From Lytechinus pictus (lineage: Eukaryota): 60,000 nt of DNA. Below the pieces are notes generated by a model. The model ran no database searches. It saw only the letters and a program-made list of their open reading frames with translations, and was not told the DNA's origin. Location of the stretch: positions 19,780,001-19,840,000 of the forward strand of contig NC_087245.1 of NCBI RefSeq assembly GCF_037042905.1. The letters run 5' to 3'. This document shows, one piece after another, positions 11,203-23,872 of the stretch (position 1 is its first letter; the number at the start of each line of letters is the position of its first letter). Both the position numbers and the translations under genes were made by a program.

Positions 11203-13885
11203 AATAGTAGTAGTAATAATAATAATGATGCATAAAGCTCTGTGACTCCAAATACGGGCCTTGAGATTTGGTTCAGCCAGCAGAGTCAACGTCAGGCAGA
11301 TCAAGGGGATTTTCAAAGACGTATACTCGGACCCTAGCTAGAGCTGGAAAAAGAAGAACAAAATGGATAATTATTGGTTGGGTCTGAGCATGTAATAGGT
11401 CCATGGTATATATGAGGGACGATTGCGAGTATTAAATCTTTTCATCATTTCAACGTTAACAATTTAAGTGCGGGGCTTTGCTTGGGACAGCTGCACTGGC
11501 AAACAAACTCGTAAATGTAGTCAGCGTCTATGCAACACATTTCATCATTCGCACGCGCGTACGGCGACTGAGACCAGTAACCAAGATTGTTTGCTGGTCT
11601 GGCCAGACATGTGATGCGCGGCCGAGTAGATTCTAGATTCTTATTCTATTAAAGCAGAGCGATTCAACTGATCGCTACATGTGAGTTATTTTCCAAGCCA
11701 ATCAGTTCTCGAAAATGTAATTGAAAGAAACAATCTATGCCCATCTTTGCGAATGATATAGAAAAGGTTCGCTGATTGGAGTCCTATCGCGTTAAATTAT
11801 CGCAGCTCGAGAAAGCAGTTCGCGGCCGTGGCCGTGGGCCGAATCACCGGCAAAAACACGGCGATATCTGCCACAGACTGGCCTAACATTCACGCGCGTT
11901 AATAATGCGATAGTCAGACCCACATCGATTAGCGCGTTTGACGTGCGTTATCTGTCAACTTTATTTTGGGCGATACTGTACACTCTTCCAAAATAATTAT
12001 GATTCCGACCTGGCGCTGTTTAACTTCAATCTCTCACCTAAATTAGCGATGAATGCTAGCATTATAAAATATATATTATTAACGTCTGACGAAAAGAATA
12101 ACCAACCGATCAGCTGACGAGAACGCGAATCACGTGATCTTCATATCAGCTTCGATCGCGAGTCAGAAGAGAAGAGCAGCTGCCCAGAAAATCAGGAAAA
12201 AGCCGTGAAAATGTAAGTTCCCCTTCATTTCTTTCATTTTTTGTTGTTGCTAACGATGCATTTACACTATAAAATTATAATTTAAATAAGAGAAAGGAAT
12301 TATAGCTTATACTTGTGATATAATGTTTAAATATCCTGTTCTCAGAGATTTCTAACCAAAAATACTACTGATGTCGCCTATGAGGTCCATACATGTAATG
12401 TTGGACCTCATTGGTACTAGGAGTGTCTATGGCAGAGAAATGCTGAAAATTGACCTAATTTCATTCTTCTTTTATGCAGCCAATAATTGGATTTTTTTCA
12501 AAAATTTTACATTTCTGTCAGTCTGAAGGTCATTTCTCTTCAAATTCACAAAGAAAATGTGATATTTTCTTGAAATAAGAAAAATAATTTTTTTCTCCAG
12601 ACACCCTACTAATATGGCCTTGGGGACTATATCACGATTATGCCGTTCTATGTATTGCTCTGTGAAATTGAACTGCAGAAGTCCTACGATACGAAATTGT
12701 TTTCGCACGCAGTAATATGCACGTCCGGAATCATGATAGTGTCCACTCACACTAGTACGAGGTTCGTATATATATATACGAACCTCGTACACCGGACCGT
12801 GTTTGACCGTAGATTTCGAAATAGTCGGCAAACATCGCTTCATTGCTGAAGTAATATTTGCCGAAACTCCTTCTCGCTACGTACCGGGGCTCTTTCCGGT
12901 AATTAGCAATACATTAAAAAATTAAAAAGGTAAAAAGGTATAATAATCGGTCAAAAAGAGCAAATTTCGCTTACCTCAGCCTGGAAAGTGTCTTCGCTTG
13001 TCTCTTCTACGGAAATACAAGGAAGCCCGTTGGTGGCGCTAATAAATTTCACAACCTTGATTCAGCTCCTCGGTAATTTCCTAACCGTGTCCAAATTCTT
13101 TGAATGCGCTATTCTTATGATTACTTGACTAATTATGGGCACAAATAAATGCAATACCTTCATAAACATAATTCAAGATTATTATTGGTGATGATAACAC
13201 TTTATTGCAAATAATTTAAAACGATGACTAATAAACAAAAATAGAAAAAAAATCTACGTACCTGGAACGAAACCAGCGGTACAAGCTATAAGAAACGATA
13301 CGGTCTGCCGAAGTCTATACGACGAAAAGATTGGTCACTTTACGGACTTTGCGTAGTGCTTTGCGTGTAAAATAATTTAGGTGCCTAGTCTTGGCCCTTG
13401 TCATGTCTTTGATATGAATATAAATCGCGCGCCCTCTTTAGGCCAAAAATTGATGTTGTCGTTTATCCGCAATCGTACTGCCGCGCGATCGTCAAGAGCA
13501 AGAAAAGACGAGGAACAGAGGGGAATAGAGTACTCAAATAAGTCTCCAAATTGACTTCATACGGATTGGTAAGTGAAATGAAATAATTTTATGGAATATT
13601 GATATATTTAGCAATATCGATTCGGCTATATGCATACAATTAGTTAATCTGGTCTCCAGGAATCTCCAAATTCTGTGGAAGGATCAGCTCATAGAGTGAG
13701 TTGCATGCGACATGCCTTGATTTTACCGTGCACGGCGGCAGCATTGCAACCATGGGTGGATAGTGTCCGGTAATACGTGAATTATGTCTATGCGGGGGGG
13801 CAAGGCAAGGCGAGAGTGCAGAGAACTAACACAATTTACAATAGATGGGAAAGTGCACTGAATTCTGAAATCAGAATGAACTCAC

Positions 13886-14024
13886 CTCCCCCATAATTAA
13901 GCCATCTGTAGTAGGGTCCAAATGGAAACAGCCGCTTGTAGTAGACTGGTAGTAATTCAGGCAGGGTATCTGGAGAATACGTTGATTTTACTGCCGTCTC
14001 GTTGCCTTCCGAAGCTGTAGGCAT
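13886..14024 (-). CDS. PRIM1: DNA primase small subunit, coding exon 1 (46 codons + 1 nt, phase-1 intron)
   Basis: Translates MPTASEGNETAVKSTYSPDTLPELLPVYYKRLFPFGPYYRWLNYGG, matching the PRIM1 N-terminus as I recall it (LPELLKLYYRRLFPYSQYYRWLNYGG). It ends at a GAG|GTGAGT donor (13885-13880, minus). Confidence 0.92.
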
Positions 14025-14084
14025 GTTTAACAGACTTAGTTTGTCTTTTTTATCGCCTAAAATTAAAAATATTTTTTTTCATCG

Positions 14085-14126
14085 GGCGCGGGAAAAACAT
14101 TAAAAGATGTTTCCGTTGATGGCGCT
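14085..14126 (-). promoter_or_regulatory. PRIM1 proximal promoter: E2F site and CAACGG (Myb/MSA-like) motif
   Basis: Minus-strand TTTCCCGC at 14088-14095 lies about 65 bp above the ATG, and AGCGCCATCAACGG is at 14113-14126. E2F control is typical of replication genes. Confidence 0.6.
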
Positions 14127-14206
14127 CTATCAAATCTCTCGGAGCTCGCTCGGAGGTACCACAAGAGTGGAGGTGACAAATGCTGAGTGGTCTATAGCCA
14201 TAGAGC

Positions 14207-14546
14207 CACTAGCGTACCTACGGGGGGGGGGCAGGGGGGCACTCTGCCCGCCCCTGACGAGCCACAACCCATACAAAATACATATCACTGCCCCCCCCTG
14301 ACGAGCTTGAAAGACCTTTTATGCCCCCCCTGACGAGCTTAAAGACCTTTATTGCCCCCCCCCCCTGACGAGCTTGAAGACTTTTTTTTTTTTTTTTTTT
14401 TTTTTTTGCTTGTCAATTTTTTTTTCTGGTACAATAACCTTAATTTTTTATTGAAGACCTTTTTTTTTTTCTTTTTTTTTTTTGCTTGTCAATTTTTTTG
14501 GCGGCCGATTTTGCCCCCCCTGTGGAAAATCCTAGGTACGCCATTG
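14207..14546 (+). mobile_element. hAT-type MITE, same family as 1186-1521
   Basis: Same ends and internal repeats, TSD CATAGAGC at 14199-14206 and 14547-14554. Confidence 0.85.
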
Positions 14547-17500
14547 CATAGAGCTATATAATAGCTCTATGGTCTAACGTTATAGACACATGAAACTTTG
14601 TGGTTCGGTCCCCGGCCACGGCAAAATGCTAACAATATATATATGTGTAAGCCTACAAACAATAAAAAAACGTTTTGGGAATCTCTTTCACTTTGGCCGG
14701 CATTTCCGAATGTGGCCAAAGCCGAGGCGCCAAGTACAAAAAAAAATAGCACATTGTTTAAGGACGTTCCACAGTTAAAGTGACATACTGAAATCCATGT
14801 AATTTTCACCAAACTTTGCACATAGATATTTAAGAACCTGAATAATCGAAATATGCAAGAATTAATATGGGTCCATGTGCTCGATTTTTTGCTCTATAGC
14901 TTCAAACTTCACCAAAATGGATGTTCTTTAAGAATTGCGCATTTAAAATAATTTGCATTTTTAGACCTCACGAGATCACAACAATGAGTTTAAACCTCTA
15001 TTACTCAGTCACAATCCATGGAAATTTCATCAAATTTCGCAAGAGACAGCACTGTCATTTCTTAAAAATGGCGTAACTTTTAATAAAAACCCAATCTCAA
15101 AAATGTGAAATTTCAATAACAAACTAGAAAAGTACAATAAATGCTTCACTTTATTCAAAATCATGTCATTTTCACCAAACTTTGCAAAGTTGTAGAGGAA
15201 GGTATACATGGTATACCTAAGAGGTGCAAACATTAAAAAATAGGGGTTAATGTGCTTGTTTTCAAACTATCAGCACTTTTATTGGAGCAAATTTGCTTTA
15301 TAAAACACCACGAACGCGCCAAATGCTTTTGTATCTATACACAACAAAAAAAGTAAGTCCCCCTTAAATCAAATTGCTGTAACTTTTGAACGGAGTTAAT
15401 TTGAGATATGATATTTCGTAGGTGGTTTTCTACACTCATTAAGCAACTCCTAGGGAAAAATAAGATTGATCGGTTGGGTCATGCATGAGTTATTAAAGAT
15501 TGAATTAAAAATGACCATTTTTGATAGTCACAAGAGTCGTTTTTCAGATTGTGCAAATACAAAGTTGGGCAAAAATTGTTTTTAGGTGAATTTTATGGTG
15601 TTATGCTGTTTTACTATCCATCATTTAGCCACTCCACACACAATTTTGATATCGTATGTTCATGGTTGAGTGAGCAAAATATCGCAGGGGCCGCGAAGCG
15701 GGGTGGGGGCCGGCCCACTTTTTTTTCCAAAAGCATGTACAAAAATGTAAAAATGACCATACGATTGTGATTTTTGCATGGGTCAGCCCCCCCCCCCCAC
15801 CCTACTTTTGGCTCAGCCCCTCCCCCACACTTTGAAAACCGTTCCGCGGCCCCTGTATTGTGACGTATCATCATAGGGGTTTTTGGTAGTATCCTCTACA
15901 ACTTGTTAGGTCATATTAGAATTTGAGAATGTTGGTGGCTCCCCCGATAGTCCCCTCCCCCATTTTTAAATTCTGGATCCACCACTGATTTGTCCATAAA
16001 TTAAACTGATCATGAGAAATTGTTAGGAAAAGAATACATTTATGCAGTATAAAGAGTATTCATTCCTAAGTTTTCGAATGTGCTCGCTCAACCATGAAAA
16101 TGTTAAAGTTCGGAAAGTGTGTGGTGATAGAAATGATGGATGATAAAAACAACAGCAATTAGAGTGACATTTGAAACCGAACTTGCCCCCAATATTCACC
16201 TTATTACCCTTTAAAATGAGTCTGTGACATTGAAAATACCAATTTTCCCACTTTGATGCGTGCTCACTCATCCGTACATAAACAAATCAATTTCATTTTT
16301 GCACAGAATTCTGCCCATAGATTGATAAACATTACTGCCAAATGACAATGCTAAAGACAGCCTTGAAAAAAAGTTCCACCATATTGAATAAGGGGTTACT
16401 TATTCTTAAACATATGCACCCATAATGTACACAAGTCTATGAGAGAGGAAGTCAAAATTTTAACAAATATGAAATAAGGGGTTTGTTTCATGGACGGTTT
16501 TTGATACTTCTGCCAACAGTTATTTCATGAAACTTCGCACATGGCTTCAAAGTAACACTATCCAAAAGGCGCGCACGCCGAAATAACAATTCGATACGGC
16601 ACAAAGTGGGGCCAAGGCCTTGAACTTTCTTCTCATTTGCATAATTTTCGAATATTGTGTGCTCACTGATGCATTTAACATCGGGATTTTCATAAAAATC
16701 AAATCAAATGAACCATGCAAGGAGGTTTGTGACAGATATCCATAGTTACAAATTGCATTTTTTCCAATAACGTAAAAAAGAGCTAATCACATTCCACATG
16801 TTCATTCAAGCGTGAATGTTTAATTAAACGCCTTTGAATCATTGAAGCAAATTAATTGGTCATGAACATAACGAAAAAGTTGATAAAAGATCAGTTTCAG
16901 TTACCAAAATGAAACAGTTCTTGCCTATGATATTTGAAAATCGTATATTTTGTTTTCAATAAATGTTCATTGAACCGTGAAACGATGAATATTGTTGAAA
17001 ATACTCTTCCCAAAAATAACTGTCATCATATTCTATCATTTTTATTGATGAAAATGTGTAAAAATTCCAATTATAGCAAATTTGGACTTGTGTTTATTCA
17101 ACCGTGAAATTTAGCCAAAAAATTGTGTAGGCTTTTAGAAAGTACCTTTTACAAGCCCTCTGACTAATTTTCATGATGAGAATGTGGAATCAGTTCCAAT
17201 AAAATGGAATCAAAGTCATGATTTCTGGCTTGTGACTTTTGAAAAGTGACATTTTTGCCTTCTGACGGTGCTCACTGAAGCATGACGTAAAATACGTCCA
17301 TAACATTTACTCAGAGGGTAGCTTATAAAATTACCTACACGCTCATGTAAAAATATATCAAAAACTCGCAGTGGTTCGGAAATTATTGATGTTTGTTCAA
17401 GGGGGGACTTACTTTTTTTGTTGTGTATATATGAAGAAAAAAGCAAAACCACTCTACCATTTATTCAAACTCGGGGTCATATTCGTCATACTTTCCAGCA

Positions 17501-19218
17501 CTGCAGAGTAAAGTATTTTGAAATTGTATGGGTATTTTAAAAAATGGTCAATGGAATAATTCAAATTTTTAGCCTTACAAAAGAACGCATCGGATTTGCA
17601 GTTATAGAGTGCAGATAATGAGAAAAATCAGCTCATACCTACAGCTAATTTAAATAACTTGTTTCAAAAGTCTGGACAGATGTTTGAAAGGTTTAAACAA
17701 TAGTTGTTAGAGTGATGGGCCTAAACAACATGCTTAACATTTTAAATAGCATTTTTACAAGTACGATGATACACCAACCTGATGGACTGTACTTTAACGG
17801 ATGATGATGATTGCAATATAGTTGGGCTGATGATGTAATTTCCTCGTTTTCCTTTTTTCTTTATATGGTTTTACAGAAAATCATAAATAATCATTTGGTT
17901 TTTTTTTTCACTGTGTGTATTGTCCTCCTTGTAACAAAATAATGTACACCGATGATTGTCTTATACATTAAACCAGTATAATCAATCATTTGTTTTTCAT
18001 TCTGAAAGCCTTATTTCAATAAATATAATTTATAACAATGCAAAATAATAAGTGGGGATGTGGTATTATCATCTTAATCATAGTATATTCATGAAGACAT
18101 GCAAGAGCTGTTTCACCGACATAATGTACAAAATCAAAATTTCATTATTTTGTTTGTTCGATTTTGATGAATTTTCATTGTTTTCTTTGTCTTATTTTAC
18201 TTTCAAATAATATTATTTTCAGGCCTGGAGTATACCTTCAGGGACTAATCAACTTATTTTTTGCTATATTTAAAATCACATTGTCATCGTCACTATCATC
18301 ACTATCATCATTATCGATGAATTTAAATAGGAATGAAAAGGAAAAAAAGAATATGGAATCCCTATTTTGTCTTCTCATCTGATATAGCAACAAGTCAATA
18401 ACTTACAGGTCTTAAAACTATTTTAAGACCACCACCTTATCCTCTCAATATGCATAACCTCCATATATATATATATTAAATCCCAAACATTTTAACAATT
18501 ATACACATAAACTAACAATTAAGTTTTTAATAGTATGCATATTAGCCATAATTATTAAAGGACCTCATGTCATGAAAGCTATGCTACACCCATGCATAGA
18601 ATACAAGTTGTAGATAATTTTTGCGCAGAATCGAATTTCCCAGTTTTCGCGCAGATTGTGCTTTTTTATATTTTTTTTATTATTAAAACGATATGCCGGT
18701 TATGTATTACACGCGGAAACAGATGGATATTCAATATACGGTACTAATAAAAAGTCCAAGAATAAAAACATATTGGTATGAAAAGAATGTTCGTGTGTGT
18801 CAACGTGCGGCCAGGGCCGTAGCTAGAAGCATTTTGTTGGGGGGGGGGGTGTACCAGCTAAATTTGCCAACTAAATTTGGCGTGACAGCGCCAACGTGAG
18901 CACAGGGGGATTCTGATGGGGGATGTGCCCCCCTACAATAATCACATGCCAAAAGATTTAATTTGAATTTTTAGAATTAAATTAGTGGCATTTGGTGAAT
19001 ACTTTAAGGTAAATTATACAAAGATATACAAAGATATTTGCACTGTAAAAATAAACATTTCGAGATCAAAATAGAAAGGCTAGTGTGCCGTAGTTGCTAA
19101 CTTGCAGTATAATAATATACCCTATGCATTAATAATATCAAAATCAAAGATTTGTTAATTTTTAATTGACCTTCTGTGCAAGATGTCTCAACTAAAATTT
19201 CAAGAGTGCTACTGATAA

Positions 19219-20250
19219 CAGTGGCGTACCGTGGGTCGCGGCATTTGGGGGGACCAGCAATTTTTTTGAGTCATTAAGTGGGCGCGCGAAGCGCGCTCAA
19301 TTACCATATACTGACCTCATAGAGACATTTTAAGGACTGTGCAATTAAACGGATATGTATCTTAGTGATCAAATAATGCGAGCGCGAAGCGCGAGCTGAA
19401 AATGATTGATATTCAGTCCTAAAAAGGGACATTATAAGCAAAGTTTTGTAATTATCATGATATGTACCTGTCTCACAAAACAAACAATGCGAGCGCGAAC
19501 CGCGAGCGGAAATTTTTTGTATAACTTGACCCTAAAAAGGGACATTGTAAGGACTATCTTTTGGAATTCATGAAGTGCGTACGTATCTCATCATAGTCAT
19601 CTAATGCAAGCGCCAAGCTCTTGCTGATTTTGTTATAATTACACCTAAGCACATGAAACACTTTTTGTGGTCATTGTAATCATGAACATGATACGTATTT
19701 TAATAATGAAATATTGCGGGCGAGAAGCGCAAGCTGACAATTTTTGAAATTCAGACCTGAAGAGGGGCATTCTATGGATTGTTTGTAGAAATTTACTATT
19801 TCACTAATCAAGTGATGCGAGCGCGAAGCGCGAGCTGAAAATTTGTTATAATCAGATCAGAAAAAGGGACATTTTTAAGGACTGTCTAGGAATTCATGCA
19901 CTACAAAAAACGCCGGTGTTGATTTAACACCAGCCCGGTCATGCCGTAGTCTGCTGGGCAAACCCTTCACTCGAGTTAAGGGTCTGAATGTGCAGCCTAC
20001 TCATGCCTTGTGTACTGAAGGCTCTCTCGCTCAGCAAGTTTTGTATGTGCTAGTCTTTGCGTGGAGGCACACTTATTGATCAAAGTTCCAATCAGGGTCT
20101 GTGCCTGCAGACTAGTCATGCCGGTACCTATATATCGGTCCACATCAGTGCGAACGTAAACACAGACTGGAAATGTTTTATATATTAAGGCCTTAAAAGG
20201 GGGCAATCACTTTAAGTATATAGTCATGAAAAAAGCATATCACTACATAA
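19219..20250 (+). mobile_element. Interspersed DNA-transposon-like repeat with internal GCGCGAAGCGCGAGC units
   Basis: Starts CAGTGGCGTACC (the hAT MITE terminus) and has roughly 120-bp internal repeats. Related sequence lies inverted at about 38200-38940. The right boundary is approximate. Confidence 0.6.
19947..20114. mobile_element. 168-bp MITE with 9-bp TSD
   Basis: TAGTCTGC...GCAGACTA flanked by GTCATGCCG at 19938-19946 and 20115-20123. Confidence 0.8.
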
Positions 20251-23200
20251 AACAATAATAACTTGTGTTTTTGCCAACTGCAAACTTGTAGACAAGTCTA
20301 CAAGGTGTACACTTGTCTTCATGAATTTGCCAACTGCAGAGTTACCAGTTTTTTAAGTCTTAATTGTGTTCTGTTCTTTTCAGTTCTGAAACGGGGCAGT
20401 ACTTGTACATCACTTTGTCTTGCCTCTAATTTTACAAAACTAATGTATTTGTTAAATCGTCAATAATTGTGGTATAATTTGCAAACTCACAAGCTTGTTT
20501 ATATTGGGGGAGGACCGGGGGCTTACTTCGTGCATTATTATAGCTCCATCTGTTTTGTCCTTTGTATTTTGCTGACTAGTAGAGCTCTAAGCCTGGCTAC
20601 ATGGACTTGGATTTGCCAACTGGTTGTCTTTACTCCATAAGTCGTAACCTTCTTCAAAGTTGATACCTCTATTTTTCTTTCCTTTTTTGTCTTTCTTTCT
20701 TTCTCTCTCTCTCTTTTTCTCTTTCTTTCTTTCCCTCTTTCTTTTTCTCCCCTATCCTCCATTTTGCCAACTGGTACATGATTTTGCCGACTGCCATAAA
20801 TGTTGGGGGGGGGGGGTGTCACACCCCCCCCCCATACCCCCCCCCCCCCCCCCCTCTAGCTACGGCCCTGCGTGCGGCCTTGGACCAATTCCCCTTTTTG
20901 TTGGTGAAAGTGGTGAGCAAACTACTTTCTGGGTGATGAGCACTGACACAGATCGTAAGAAAAGTCAAAACCACATTCAGGGAGGGCTTATTTTGAGGGC
21001 CTACAAGCCCTGTCTCGTGTTTTTCAACGTGTTCCAAAACTTCAAATTTTCTTTTCTCATTATTTCGGAGGGGGCGGGTAGCGATTGGAATCTTATTCTG
21101 CTTGTAACACAAAATCATCACCGATTCTCCTGCCCTAATTATTCATTCAATATCTGTGGATTTAAAAGTTACCAAAAGCTCGAGTTCATACATTCCGTCC
21201 TTCTTTATTTCTGACGTCCAAAGAAATTTTTGGAATCTGACTCGGCGTGCTCTCCAAATTAAGCAATACAAATTCACCTCAGAGTATGTTTTGTTTGTTG
21301 GTTCATACATGAAGTCCATGAAGGGTTTTCGTTAGAAAACGAGGTCAACCAACAAAGGAAGAAAGAAATTAGATTTTTCTTTATTTACCGCATCGTCCCA
21401 AAAGGGGCTCTCATTTCAGTCAAATTCCCCCTTTGTATATGTCATGTTTTCCCGCCAATCCACAGTTACTGCGTGGTTATTCGCCTACACGTGAGTGGGT
21501 TCAAATAAATTCGTGCCATGCTTGGTTGTCATGACAACCTGCTAACGTCGGTGATATAACCGTTTCGTTGGAGCGTCCTGAATTCTCATGAACTCGTCGC
21601 TATACTACAGGGTGTCTAGTGAAAAGGCAAACGTAAGGGCTGAGTTGGTATATTCATGGACCATGGTATATTTAATACGAGTTGAATCGGTTATAGGGTT
21701 AATGCAATCAATGCAGGGTTTCTTCAAATGTATAATTTTAACAGTCTATATTTTGTTGTTTGTGTGCTTAGAGACAAAGTGAAAAATAGTATCACCCAGA
21801 AAAGCGCGGAATGAATAAAAAAATAAATAATAATAACCTTAATCCTCATTGGACATACACCTAAAAATATTTTTTTTTCTTGATGTACTCGAAATAAACT
21901 ATCGTGGGCTTGTGTCGTTCTTATATTGATTATTGAATGATCACTGAATATTACCAAAACTATTTTCGAGGAAGGAATATTATATCAATATTAATTTATC
22001 TTATTTTGCTGGAATTTCCCACCGCGAGCTCTGTTTCCACTTAATAATTCACAATGTCTTCAAATTGATGTAAATAATGCATGTTGATCGGAGAGAAAGT
22101 TGTGAAAATCTTGATTTTACCTGTTAACAGAAAATATACCATTCAAAATAATGTGAGAACCATGAACATGATGAGACTTGAAATTATTGGAGAAAAAAAT
22201 ATATGCTTTAAAAAAAAATTCCTGTGTGAAATCATCGTTCCCTCTCGACCTCGAATGTATATCATGTATATTGTCTTGTTATATGACGTAAACAGTGCAT
22301 TCTTATTAATAACGAGTCCAACTTTACTATAACTCTGTTCCGAGTCAAAGTTACTCGTTAGCCGACGATTATTTTGAATACCGGTAATGCTTCTTTCCCA
22401 CTGTCATACGATCCGTTACAAACAGGACGATATGGCTTTCGTAACTGATCATGAAAATTTTGGGACCATTCAAACTTTTTCTGCGATCAATACGATTGTC
22501 ACGACTGATCTGATATGATCTTATACGACCTGATACGATAACTGCGAATACTCCACGAGTAAGACCACAGTTTTAATCGTGGTACGAGTCGTGATAATGG
22601 AAACTAGCTATAATAGGAACTGAACGATTTCCAGCTGATCCACATCATTGGTTGATAGGGGGGGGTGTCACATTCGGCTAGTGGAAAATGTCGGGGTTCT
22701 TTTTTTTTTATTGACAAAATTTGGTGAATTACTTTAATCACATTCATTATGGAGTGAATACCCCCCTTTTTTTTGCTTGTCAATTTTTTACTGAACAAAA
22801 TGCCCACCCCTTTTGGAAAATCTTGGTTCCGACCCAAAACAAGTCAATTCGAAATCTGGGTCTCTTTTAACTCGAAAAAGAGTTAAATCCGAGCAGGCGC
22901 CATTTCGAGTCAAATTTGATGCTAAAGAGACAAGTGTGACAAATAAAATAAACTTCAGTTTTGTTAATGAATGAATCGAAATGGTGTGATATAAAGTAAA
23001 ACATTTGTTTGTTATATAAAGTAATGATTGAATTCTTGTATGATTTTTGTGTTTGAAAATGGTGGGTGATTTCAAGTTCAGTGTTGACCTTTTGGTGCTG
23101 GTGTTAGGTCAATTTTTACACGATTACAACACTAAACATAAAATGAAGATGGTTCTGAAAAGTCAGTCACTAGTTTTTGAGATGTCAATAATGTGATATG

Positions 23201-23675
23201 GATCAGTTTTACAAACTCTGAATAAGTTTTGGAGCTAGGGGAAGCAATCCAAATTTCAACACCAACACCATGGCCAACACCGGACTTGAAATTACCCAAT
23301 GAGCCTCACCACTCGTCAGTCTGGAACATTTCTCGTTACTACGTGACCTGTTTTATGCTGCGATCAGAATTGCACAGCTACGCGGACGCTTTCTGGAACG
23401 TAGAGAATCCATTCTCAAATGCCCTCTATAGTCTCTGTTGTGGGTCGGTGAATCGAAACAGCAGTTGTTGTTGTTTTTTCCGTGACTCTAACAAACGGCA
23501 TAATTTGCTATTTGTCGTCATCTATGAAAAGTCGAACGCAAACTCCTACTCCGAATCACCAACCCTCGACAAATACTTCACTGTGATTTGACTATATAGC
23601 ATTTTCAATGCATTTGCTATACGTTGTATGATTCATTCCGGGTCGCCGAGCAAAAGCTCGCTATTTTCATTTTTA

Positions 23676-23872
23676 CACTCTAAAAAAGTTTACCCAATAT
23701 GGGGTAAAATGGGAACATGCATGTTAGTTGGGTAAAAAGATACCAACTATGTAAACTTTACGAAATGTTGCGTTGAAATGGCCCAATATTGGGTTAAAAA
23801 ATACCCAGCAAACATGGATGTTCCTTTCTACCCAATATTTGGTTAAAAAATTTACTCAGTGTTTTTAGAGTG
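23676..23872. mobile_element. CACTA/EnSpm-like palindromic MITE
   Basis: CACTCTAAAAA / TTTTTAGAGTG ends with internal TACCCAA/TTGGGTA repeats. Confidence 0.7.

Larger units (their letters stand above)
449..11978. mobile_element. Large (11.5 kb) non-autonomous Tc1/mariner-type element
   Basis: Perfect 26-bp TIR CAGTATCGCCCAAAATAAAGTTGACA (449-474, inverted at 11953-11978), extended by TAACGCACGT similarity. TA on both sides (447-448, 11979-11980). Confidence 0.75.

Noticed and set aside
257..12431. Outer P-like element CATAGACA...TGTCTATG enclosing the large element
   Set aside because: The match is 8 bp only and there is no target-site duplication.
20660..21214. 184-aa ORF
   Set aside because: Driven by CT-rich and poly-C tracts, with no recognisable domain or splice structure.
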